Source: Lama guanicoe (lineage: Eukaryota). From it: a stretch of DNA of 64,000 nt. A program made the position numbers and the translations under genes. The notes beneath the pieces are model-generated. The model did no database searches. It had not been told where the DNA came from and saw only the letters and a program-made list of their open reading frames with translations. Within the stretch, counting starts at the first letter, position 1. Every line of letters starts with the position of its first letter. Below are positions 1 through 10,533 of the stretch, piece by piece. The DNA lies in assembly GCA_013239625.1 (NCBI GenBank), contig MU053754.1, positions 493,379 through 557,378 on the forward strand. The letters are read 5' to 3'.

Positions 1-362
1 AGCCCACGTCTCTCTTCCTAAAAGAACACTTTAGTCTCGCACTTATGCCAGCCTGTCAGGTGTCACCAGAAACTTGCTCAGTAAGTGTACACTTTGAACG
101 TTCTCTTCCTTTCCTCCATCCACCGGACCTTCCTCATCTGCTGACAAAGATGCCAAACACTTTTTTCCTCATCTCTGTACTGTCCCCAACCAGAAATATC
201 CATCCACATAAATTTTCATGTTTACTGTTCTCCCTCCATCTCTTTAATATCAAACACCTTGGAAGGAAATCTGTCTATAAAATACAGCAACATTGTGTGT
301 ATCATCTGCCACTTACTGCCCTCCTAGAACACTGTATTCCCGTCACTGTGGAATCCACCATC

Positions 363-523
363 TGAGCAGCATTGCCCAAGACTCAAGGCATCACTTGGGA
401 ACGCTGTTATAATGCAGACTCTGTCCGTGAGGTTGGGGACGAAGCCTGAGATTCTGCACTTCCAACAAGTTCCCAAGTGATGCCCTGGTGTTGGTTCACG
501 GACCACAGTTTGAAATGCAAGGA
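363..523. mobile_element. MER5A-like hAT-Charlie DNA transposon relic
   Basis: Contains 'gcctgagattctgcacttccaacaagttcccaagtgatgcc...ggaccacagtttga', typical of MER5A. Confidence 0.7.
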
Positions 524-1699
524 CCTAAATAAAGCACCGTTGCTCAAAGATGTACTAGTTTTTTTTGCAAGCTATCGTTTCACAATGAAGACTGGAACCT
601 CGTCGACAGGTTTTCTCCTGTTTTCCCTCTTCAACTCAATGCTGTTGGCTGAGCCCATCCTTCCACAGAGTCAGTGCTCACAGACAGTCTGTCTCTATGA
701 TGTCGCAGCCAGGAACTTTTCCATCCTTAATCTAGCCAGCCTCCCTCCTCTGCTGAATTCAACACAGTTGACCACCCATATGATGAAAATGTACAACTTC
801 AGCTTCCCAGAGGGGAACAGATTCTTTTAATAGCATCACTGCACAAACATCACTTTTATTCTTTAGCAAAAGCCAGGAATAAAAATATTCCCGTATTTAG
901 CTCTTCCCATATTGTCTGAGCCTCAGGCCGAAGAGGCATACAGGCGAACGTGGCCTCTGAGCCTGAAGTGTCAAAATGTCCACTCCCCACCCCCACCAGC
1001 ACACAGGACGAGAGACGGCACGTGACCCGATCACACCCAATCAGAACTTCCTCTCAGACTCTTCTATTGAGTCTATTAGAAAAATTTCCTCCCTACGCCC
1101 TGTGGCTGCCAATATAGTAAAATCTGAGTTTTGCTCTGAGAACAGCCACCTTTGTCACCACCTGGGCAGAACCTGTCCTGAAGACAGTGGGTATCCGGGC
1201 ACTTAACTGGGCCGCTGTGTGCGCCAGGTAGACTCTGGACTGTACACAGAACGTTCCAGGGACTCCATCCTCTTTATTTTACCTCTCCTTGGCTGAAGGT
1301 AATTTGAATTGAGGTTCCAGCATGTGCAAAAACCTGTGACAATTAACTGTCCTAAACATGGTCCCTTTATCTGAGTTCCCTTAAATAAGAAACGTCTCTA
1401 ATGCTTCCTTAGAAAAATGCACAGACGACACTGAGAAATTACCTATCCGTCCTCGGCTGTCACTGAGCATTTATCCTGCCAGATGAACTTTACCATCCGT
1501 TTGTCACACTTTGAAGACAAAAATATCAAGGGTGTGACTGAAGTTTGTAAAATGCATTCTGTGTGTCAGAATGTCACCTCCCCATCCCAGATTATGTGTC
1601 ATTACCACGTAACTAGGGAAGACTGTACGGTTTTCAGATGTGCCTTACACATTAAGATGTGATGCATCTCTTGCTATGGTGAATGTATTGTTCTACTTT

Positions 1700-2250
1700 T
1701 AAAATTCTACTGGTATAAAAGTACTATAAATTTTCATAAATTAGTATAGAATTTTTAATAACTTCTTTAAATTCTCATAGTACTTTTTCAGTTGACTGTC
1801 TCAGATTTTTAGGCATAGAATCATTTGTTCCCCAACTATTAAACATCTTTGGTGTCAGGTCATGTGCACAGTGCTAGACGCAACTTACAAATGACAAAGG
1901 TTTTCCCACTGTTTCCACTTTCTTCAGCTTTTACTTATCTTTGCTTCTGTAATTTCTAGACCTTCCACAACCACTGGCATTGTAGCAAAGATGTCAGGCA
2001 TACCTGTTCCTGATTTAATGCAATGTCTCTCACACCTTATTACTAGGCGTAGGCCTGTCATTTGACTGGGAATGATTTTTCTGAATGATTTTTTATGGAA
2101 ACCTATTTTTAATTGAGTGTCACTATTTGATTAATCTAGCATGCATACTGAACGTAACCCAATTAATGCACGAGACAAATTTTTTTATCTTTCTGGCAAT
2201 CTGCATGGTGCCTTAATTTAGAATGTTAGTGCTGAACCATCTGAAGCTAG
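1700..2250 (-). mobile_element. Old L1 (L1M) ORF2 fragment, antisense
   Basis: 'ttctagaccttccacaaccactggc...ggcatacctgttcctgattt...gctgaaccatc' resembles a degenerate antisense L1 RT region. Confidence 0.55.
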
Positions 2251-2305
2251 TTATTGAACGACAGACAGACAACATATCACAACCAAGAAGGCAAGCAAGG
2301 AGAGT

Positions 2306-2600
2306 GTATATGTATGTATATATATATATATATGTTAGGTAGATGACTGATGGATGGGTGGATGGCGTGGGGGGATGGGTGGATAGTTGGATAGATGGAT
2401 GGATAGATAGACAGATATAAGAGATGGATGGATGGCTAGATAGACTGTCGATCCAAGGGGATGTAGGTAGGTAGGTAGATAGGGATAAGGGATAATGGAT
2501 GGATGGATGGATGGATGGGTCCAAGGGGATGTAGATAGGCAGATAGGTAGGTAGATGGATGGATAACAGATGAGAAACAGATCGATAGCTGAGAGATAAA
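2306..2600. repeat. Compound (TA)n / (GGAT)n / (AGAT)n simple repeat
   Basis: Directly visible tetranucleotide and dinucleotide arrays. Confidence 0.95.
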
Positions 2601-2689
2601 TATACCCAGATGTAAATGTTGATCTTTGTATGCACATGTACATATACATCCACATTTTTAGGCTCTGTTCCCTAAGAGGACCTGGGAGA

Positions 2690-3289
2690 CCCATCACACC
2701 AATAACACTGTTATTTGGATGATAAATGTCATGTATACAGACCATAAATATAAATACCATTTTCAACTGTAAGGAATTACAGCCTTCAGAGAAATAGCTG
2801 ACTCCAGAGCTAGGGCAGAGGAGGTATGAGATAAGCCTGCAGAACATTGTTCCAGAAAGTAAGGAATTGCTCAAAGAATGATGAGGATCTGTTCAAAGGA
2901 CACAGGATCAGCCAAAGTAGGCTCCCACTGACCAAACAGCACAGCCTGAGCACCAAAATATGTGATGATCATAGCAGATAATAATTCAGTAAATAAAAGA
3001 GGAAACTATAAGTTCATACAGATATAAGCAAATTAAAATCTTGATGAAGAAGGTGGCATTTATATAATTTTGCAATCACTTCTCCACAAGATAGTCATTA
3101 ATTATAAAGGGGAGTAGAGTAACTTCAAAAGGAAAAGGCCTCACAGACATCAGTTTTGAGCAAGGTTAAGCTGCGTCTCGTCTGGTAAGACGCAGTGAGA
3201 AGGAAGAAGGAAACTACACCTGTACTTTTCCTGCCAGTCATAAGGACAAGTGAGATAAACCCCAAATGAGGGCGCCCCTATACAATGAC
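2690..3289 (+). mobile_element. L1MC/L1MD-type 3' region fragment
   Basis: 'cttcagagaaatagctgactccagagctagggcag...ccagaaagtaaggaattgctcaaagaatgatg...aaaggacacagg' resembles an L1MC-class 3' UTR. Confidence 0.6.
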
Positions 3290-3751
3290 TGTAGTGGGTT
3301 GAACAGTATGCCTCTGTAAGCCATGTCTACCCAGCACCTTAGATTCTGACCTTATTTGGAAATAGGGCTTTGCACAGATAATCTGTACAGAATTTCAAGA
3401 CCAGATCATCCTAAACTTAGGCTGAGCCCTAAATCCAATGACTGGTGCCCTTAGAGGAACCTAAGGGGACACAGAAACACACAGGGAAGAGGCTCACATG
3501 GAGACAGAGGCAGATACTGAAGTGATGCTGCCACAAGCCAAAACATGCCGAGGATGGTCGGCAGCCACAACCACAGGGAGTTAGGAGAGGCCTGGAGGAG
3601 ACTTCTCCTCAAAGCCTCCAGAGAGAGCCAGCCTTGCCAACAGCGTCATTTTTGGACTTCTAGTCTACTGAACTGTGAGAGGCTAATTCTGTGCTGTGTT
3701 AAGCCACCTGGTTTGAGGTACCTGTTACTGCAGCTCTAGGAAACTCATACA
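3290..3751 (+). mobile_element. MLT1C-like MaLR solo LTR
   Basis: Starts TGTAGTGGGTTGAA, contains 'gaccttatttggaaatagggc' and 'ccctaaatccaatgactggtg', and ends 'aggaaactcatacA'. Confidence 0.85.
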
Positions 3752-3754
3752 ACA

Positions 3755-3900
3755 GGCAACTACATTCCATATCTTGTAGTAACCCATAATGAAAAAGAAT
3801 ACAAAAACAAATATGTGTGTATGTGTATGACTGAACTATTATGCTGTACACCAGAAGTTGACACAACACTGTGAACTGACTATGCTTCAGTAAAATGAAG
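3755..3900 (+). mobile_element. Short 3' tail of an artiodactyl-type L1
   Basis: 'aatgaaaaagaatac...actgaactattatgctgtacaccagaagttgacacaacactgtgaactgactatgcttca'. The same tail recurs at about 5400-5490, 18690-18837, 43840-43930 and 56420-56575. Confidence 0.8.
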
Positions 3901-4203
3901 AAACATACAGTAACACACCCATCGTCTTGCAGACATCCACTGCCTTTGGCAAAGGGGAGAAGAAGGGAATAAGAAGAAAGGAACTTTAGGTGTAAAATGC
4001 AGTATTGATGTGTGTTTTTTAAATGTCAGAGCAAATATGCTAATTATCAACTGTTAAATTAAGGTATGAAGTATGAGGTGGTCCCTTTTACAGTCTTCTG
4101 TTTCTTTTTCCAGTATTGAGAAATATTGTACAGGTAAGTAGAGGCCTATTTTCAAAAGGAATGTCTGTTTGGATAAAATAAAGCAAGCACACAGGGTGGA
4201 GTT

Positions 4204-4584
4204 GTGCTAGAACAGGAGAGACGTGTGGTTGGAGTACCTGCTTCTCTGGTACGGCACTCAGAGCATTCCACACCACCCCACGACAACAACGAGGCTGTTT
4301 TTATTATTACTCATGATTCTGCATCATCTGTGCCAAAAGCTCATCAGGCTAACCAAGAGGAACAGCATCCAAAGGAGACGGGACCACAGCAGCACCACAG
4401 CCAGCAGACACGGCAGGAGAACCGCGACGCCGGTCTCAGCAGTGTGTACCCGCTGGCAGGTGCGCGTGGCTGGGCAGGCATGATGCACCACACACACAGT
4501 GGGGATAAGGACGAAGACACAGGGACTGTCCAGCAAACGGCAACAACACATCCTGAGGAAACTGCGCCCTTCTCTGACTCCTAG
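4204..4584 (+). mobile_element. Highly diverged, GC-shifted L1 ORF2 (RT N-terminal) relic
   Basis: The ORF reads ...SSVPKAHQANQEE...HSQQTRQENRDAGLSSVYPLAGARGWAGMMHHTHSGDKDEDTGTVQQTATTHPEETAPF. By eye this is colinear with L1 ORF2 ...LIPKP...RIQQ...GFIPGMQGWFN...[27 protein letters not shown].PF. Confidence 0.55.
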
Positions 4585-5517
4585 GACGGTGCAAGTGGGG
4601 GTGCCCGTGGTGCCGGTGCAGAGACGCTGTTACACTACAGCACGACATTCTGTTACTTTTTGTCAGGTGATACGGTCTGCATTTCTTAAACCTTGTTTGT
4701 TTGCTCTTTACTTGTGACTATCTTCTGCTCTCCTACCCAGTAGCGCAAATATTCTATGAAGTCAGGGACCTAGCCTGTATGTCACTTTCACAACTTAACC
4801 GTCTAGCCCAGACTCCAGCACAGGCTAAATTCTCCATCAGTATTGATGGAACAGACACAAAAGCAGCAGATGAAACGTCTTCTGTCCGGTCCCCCTAATG
4901 CATGTAAACATCTTGCAAGTCACTGGTATTTTGAAATGTACATTAAAGCTACACTGGTGCTACTTCCATCTTCCTGGTAATAGCCAATTCTTACATGGCA
5001 CTGTTAAAATAATATGGATGTCAACCAGTGAATTATTGCCTCTGAGCAAATGGGATAGATCAGTCTAACACCTGCATTACAGAAAGCTCTTTACGCAAAG
5101 TATTTCACCGTCCTGCGTGTGGACTTGATTCTAGCTCCGTGTGCATCTATTTTTAATAGCAAGTTGATTATCTTTTACTGACAAGGAGAGGGCAGGCATT
5201 GCAAAACAAACATAATGCATATTGTTGGTGTGTAAAATCCCAACAAATGACATCAGCTGTACTTTTTCATAGAAAAACTGAATTAGCTTGCAATACTAAA
5301 TTGTGCAAGAGAGACTCCAGCTAACTCATTATATATTTATTGTTGAAAGGATGACCATGACCTATGTAACATGTATTTACATATTTAAAGCTATAGTCAA
5401 TATGAAAATGAATGAATAGGTGTATTCATGTACGACTGTATTGGCACAACACTGTAAACTGACTATAACTCAATTAAAAAAAAAAAAAATAAAATCCAAA
5501 TTTTTTTTAATAAAAAA

Positions 5518-5563
5518 NNNNNNNNNNNNNNNNNNNNNNNNNNNNNNNNNNNNNNNNNNNNNN
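5518..5563. other. Assembly gap (46 N)
   Basis: Run of N flanked on both sides by near-duplicate L1 poly(A) tail sequence. Confidence 1.
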
Positions 5564-6353
5564 ACTGACAATTCAATTAAAAAAAAAAAAAAGAAAATCC
5601 AGATTTGTATTACGGAAACAATGCCACTCTTCTCAATGTTTTTGTATTGGAAAATACAGCTAGTTTATAAAAAATATTTTATTCATGTTAACATACAATA
5701 AACAGCTTGTGTTTATTGATGTTGTGTTTAAATGCATTAATAAAGAAATATTTCTAAAAAAATAAAGCTATAGTCACTTCACTATTTGAAAATCCACAGT
5801 GTGGCTGAAAAATAGAAATTACTCTTTAGGTTATATAATGATTGATTAAAGATTTCTATCGTGTGATCACTACCCCCATATCAGTAGATTTTTATAGATG
5901 AAATACACATAAATCAAGGAATTTTTATTTATAGCTTTCTTATAGTGGGTAGGAAAATAATATATTAGTAGAAAACTATTGTGGTTTTGGAACAGAAATT
6001 ATTTCTGTATGATATTCCATAGTCATAAAATTAGATAAAAAATATATCTAAGAACTTATGCTGAGAAAAGAAATAAAAAGGAAATTATTTCAATTATAGT
6101 AAAGCAAGTATATACATGCCATACTTGAAGGGTGATTTTTTTGTTAAATAAAGGCATTTTAAACACAAATTGAGAACTTCAGTGACTGATGTTCTAAAAC
6201 TGGGTTAGACCAGTATTGTCAGTCAGTATAATCCTGACTCATTAGTGGCTGTGAAATAATTCAATGTGTCATGACAATATTTTTAATAACATGCAATAAT
6301 ATGTCAAACAGCATTATATGTAAGAGCAATGTTTCATGCAAATTCTTTTTATT

Positions 6354-6385
6354 TATACGTACTTAAGTATACTTAAGTACGTATA
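6354..6385. repeat. Perfect 32-bp palindrome
   Basis: TATACGTACTTAAGTA|TACTTAAGTACGTATA; the second half is the exact reverse complement of the first. Confidence 0.97.
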
Positions 6386-7061
6386 CTATACTCAATGCAT
6401 AGAGGTACTGGATCACCATATAAAGTAGGTCCTATGCAGGAAAGTGTGGGAGTCTCTGAAGAGAGTGGTCCTCTGTCACAGCGGCCCACGTGGACTCGGA
6501 TGCCGTGACAGGATGTGAGCAGCACCTGTCCAGCACCAGGGTTCTGTTCACCTGGGGCAAGTCAGGAAAGGCAGAGTGAAGCAGACCCCTCCATTTTCAT
6601 GCTTGTGACAACCGCCTTGTTTCAGGAGTACTGGATACACTATTATGTGCTGTGCAGGACTGCAGATTCAGAAATGCTTTCTATAGCAAGGAAGAGACTA
6701 AATCATATTCTTGTCCCTCTTTAAGTCTGTCAGGAGCAGGGGAAACTATCCTGAGGGTACATATGTGAGGGATACATAAATATATGTGTTAGCGTCAAGT
6801 AAGCAAAGTTTGAGTTATGTCAGAGGCCAAATTAAGTACAGAGCTGAGCGATTAAACCGTGAATTCAGCCCTACTAAACCGTCAATCGGCTAATAATAAT
6901 AATTACTATTTTTAGAGTACTATATAACATTAAATTATAATAAAAATCTTATTAGATAGTAGCAATTATTACTGTTTAAAAATTTACCCACTTTTCTGGA
7001 TCTGCAGTAATTGCTTTTCCTCCTGCTTTGAGTTATATGGATAATTACTTCAAACTTCAGT

Positions 7062-7067
7062 TTTATT
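7062..7067 (-). terminator. PNPLA4: Candidate PNPLA4 poly(A) signal AATAAA
   Basis: First canonical AATAAA (tttatt on +) I found downstream of the stop codon, about 2.45 kb away, near the transition into AT-rich sequence. No transcript evidence is available. Confidence 0.45.
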
Positions 7068-9514
7068 CTGCTATAGTGCAGACATAAGTTAAGGAAGAAA
7101 AACCTCAAAACCCTGAACTTCTCTAATTATTGGTTCCCCGACTATAAAAGTAATGGCCTAGATCCAGAAACACTTCTATAATTAATACTTATATATGTAT
7201 ATATAAAGGAAGACAATTATATGTAACTGTTTGAATTATCAGAAAACAATTAAAAGCAGCGTAAGTGACATCTGTCCATTGTAACTGCCCACGTCTGTTT
7301 GGAATCCTAATTCAACGTCCAGAGCCTCCCGGCTCTTCCTCTGCAAGCAGCCGGTGTGCATGCACTGTGCCCAGCGGTCTGAAATCGGCATCTGAGAGTC
7401 TGGTTTTGTGTTTAATACACAGCCTGCTCCTTTAGCGCATTATTTAACTTCAAAACCAAGACTACTTTCTCTAATTGTCAGTGGAAGCCGTGGGTTACTA
7501 TAGTTACTCAGTAAAGACTGTTACTGAAAAGAAGAAAAGACTAATGAAATTTTAAATGACAGAGTCCAAGGTATTAGGAAATTGCCGCAACAGGGAACCG
7601 GGAACTTATCAAGCTGCCAATCACAGTAATTACCGTGCAAACCTATTAGGACGTGGGTCAGAAGGTCTCCTCAGATTTCCCAGACACCAGTGCCACGGTG
7701 CTGTGAAATGCTGAGCCCAGGGACACGCGCGGCCTGCCGTTAATGCCTGTTCCCCGAGCACAGCTGCACGAGGACGCCCTGCAGCCGCCCCAGGTGAGGA
7801 TCTGGTCCAGCACACCTGGAGAACAGCGAGCTGCAGGTGACGTGCTCTGTGACATCACCACGTCTCCCTCACGTCAGAAGGGTGCTGCCCCACAGACCCA
7901 CCTCTCAGCCGTCTTACAGTGTCTTTCACGGAAAGCACCACCCACTACCACAGTCAAGGGCAGATGCAGTCGGTACAAAATACGTAAAAGTCGAACATAT
8001 TAACATTTGCTCTTGCTCAGGGGGAGGCATCCAAAAATATTGCAAAAACACACAAGTAGATTATTCACCCAAAATGATAAAAAAGGAAAATTTAGTGAAT
8101 TTTTTAGTGATGTCAGAATGAACTGAGAATCCATCCACTTCACGTCACTGATTAAAACAACATATTACGGTTGAACTACACGTTTGCTAGAGTTGGAAAA
8201 ATACACCCCCCTCAAGGCGCATCACTGCTCCGCGTGAGTCTCAGCATAACTTGTGAGAAAAGAGGCAATAGTTGCTGTTTATGTGCTAAAGTTGTGTATT
8301 TTGGGCTTTTAGGAGCCATAAAATTGATTTAAAGAATGGTTTCAAATGGTAAAAAGAGAAATGCATAACCATTAAAGACATGCAATTAAACGGGTTTGTG
8401 TCTCACTGCTTCTTAGTAATTAAGAGTTCACGCTCGGCAAAGCCCCATAAAACCAGACTGAAGACTGAAGACGGTGTACACAAATTAGTAGAAACTCGCA
8501 CGCGAATCCTCCAGAGATACGACAACTACTCAAAAAATGGGAGACTGGGAGTCAGGGTAGCATGATTTAAGAAGAAGAAACGAATGATTATTCTGGATTG
8601 AATTCTTTGCTAGGCTATTTGGTTGGCTCGGTTCTTCACGGTTTGCAGAGTTGTCTCTGAGTTCCCAGGACAGAAAGACAAAGTGGGGCTGCAGGACATC
8701 GCAGTGCAGGATACACAGTAAGGCTGAACCGCGTGAATTGTGGCCTTGGAGGAACGGGGAGAGGGACAGAGAAACCGTGACAGAGACATAGTATGAACAA
8801 CCGCCTCGGTTTTAGAGCAGGGAGGCATCAAAACAGCGTCGTCAGCCCCTTAGCTAGTGGGCAGGCTTGTGGGGGAGGGGGGAGGGGAAACACACCTGTT
8901 TCAAAGTCTCCTGCATTTCCAGTCCCCCTCTGCTGTCACCGTCCTGACCAGGAGCAATTGCCCACGCCTGGGGAAAGCAAACCCGTGTTCCTCCGCCCCT
9001 TGTTAAAGGCCTTCTGAGATGCCCACTATTTCTCCAGTCTTTCCTCTCCTATCAGAGAGGGCCTGGAGATCAGCCTCAGAACATGGTTCCTTCTGTTCTG
9101 GACCATGGGACACTGGTATCTCCTGGAAACACCCACGCTCCACGTCTAAAGGGTGCTGCCACCTTCTGTGTGCACAAAACCCGCATACAAGGACCCCTCG
9201 TTTTCACCAACCACTCCAGGGTTTACCCCAAGAGCCTACCCCTTAAATTTCATACGGGCTTTCAAAAGGCATGACGGTTTTCTTAAAAAGGTTCCTTATC
9301 ACCTGAGCGTATCTCTCTTAATGGCGTTGCCAGATTCTAACAAAATACCTCTTATTTCCTTGTAACAAGTAATGATTTAAACAATTAACAATGACAAAGA
9401 TTACAAAAGCTAGTAGTACAACTGATAAGCGTTATGACAGGCTTTAAAAAAAAAGGATTTAATTAGAAATCTCCCATCAAAAACTGCCAGAAATATATTT
9501 TGCGTTGCAAAGTT

Positions 9515-9655
9515 TTAAGCTCTCTCTTCAAACCAACTTTCTTTAAGTAAAAACTTGGTGGTGTCATCAAAGCCACGTTGATACAGTGATTCCATTTTCC
9601 TCCTGTTTGGTGGGAAGAGGGCTTGGTTAAGCCTCACCAAGTTGGCCATGGACAA
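9515..9655 (-). CDS. PNPLA4: PNPLA4 last coding exon (46 aa plus stop)
   Basis: tttttctgtcgtAG|TTG TCC ATG GCC... = LSMANLVRLNQALFPPNRRKMESLYQRGFDDTTKFLLKESWFEERA*, with TAA at 9517-9515. Total CDS 180+95+136+66+153+141 = 771 nt. Confidence 0.96.
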   Translation of the reverse strand: MSMANLVRLNQALFPPNRRKMESLYQRGFDDTTKFLLKESWFEERA

Positions 9656-9810
9656 CTACGACAGAAAAACAAACAAAGTGGGGCTGCAGGACATCGCAGT
9701 GCCGTTCAGCATATGGAGTTCCGGAAGCTCTCCTACCATAGATACCATCACAGAGTTTCCAGAATCGAGAGGAAAAGAATAAAACGTAAAAATTCACCTC
9801 CACCCACACA

Positions 9811-10021
9811 CAGGGTGAAGGTCTCTCAGCCCTGGTACCAGTGATGCCTTGGGCCAGGTCCTCCTCCGAGGTGGGAGCTGTCCTGTACGGCTCAGGATGC
9901 TAAGCTCATCCATCCTCTAGACTCCAGGACACATCCTAGATGTGACCAGCCACAATGTCTCCAGACCCTGGCAAATGTCTTCTACTTATAGTATCAGCTC
10001 CTGCTGAGAACCATTACACTA
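9811..10021. mobile_element. MER20-like hAT-Charlie relic in the last PNPLA4 intron
   Basis: 'gtgaccagccacaatgtctccagaccctggcaaatgtc...gctgagaaccattacacta', the MER20 3' signature. Confidence 0.75.
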
Positions 10022-10380
10022 GATGAAGGGAATCAACATTTTTATGTAAATTATTGTTAGGTCCCTGAGTTTCCCTTTGATATTTTTACATATGTAATTA
10101 CTGCCACCTTTTTAAACAACTAAAGAACCTAATTCTTAAACCGTGCCAAGCTTCTTGATTTGAAAAGTAAGCGAAGACATGGAAAACATTTCACAAAGAG
10201 ACAAGTAATGAACCGCGAAAGGACAGCACACTCACGGTCTACAGGTACCCAGGTCCACACGCGTGAAACATGCCAGAAGTTACTAAAAATATGTCTGAGG
10301 GAGTTGGCCAAGTTCTGGAAACATGTGGGAAGTGTCAGGAGATGAGCTGTCTTCAAGCACCGGCAGACGTAAGTACCTAC

Positions 10381-10533
10381 CAGGATGTCCTGATTGGTGA
10401 CGTTAACGTAGAGACCCAGCTGCGCCTCGTCCTGCGGGGAGATGTCCAGCCGTCCGCTGAATGGGGAGATGGTCACCGTCCGGCCCACAGGCAGGATGGG
10501 CAGGCTGTTGGTGAAGCCGCCGTCCACCCACTT
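10381..10533 (-). CDS. PNPLA4: PNPLA4 fifth coding exon (153 nt) with the catalytic DGG
   Basis: cacAG|AAG TGG GTG GAC GGC GGC = KWVDGGFTNSLPILPVGRTVTISPFSGRLDISPQDEAQLGLYVNVTNQDIL, then CTG|GTAGGT. The DGG aspartate is residue 163. Confidence 0.98.

Noticed and set aside
2213..2874. 146-aa and 179-aa minus-strand ORFs
   Set aside because: These are low-complexity translations (IHPS repeats) of the GGAT/AGAT microsatellite plus L1 sequence.
7600..7900. Second CpG-island promoter within the putative 3' UTR
   Set aside because: The stretch is short and only moderately CpG-rich, with no supporting exon structure. It is more simply explained by the patchy GC enrichment seen across the window.
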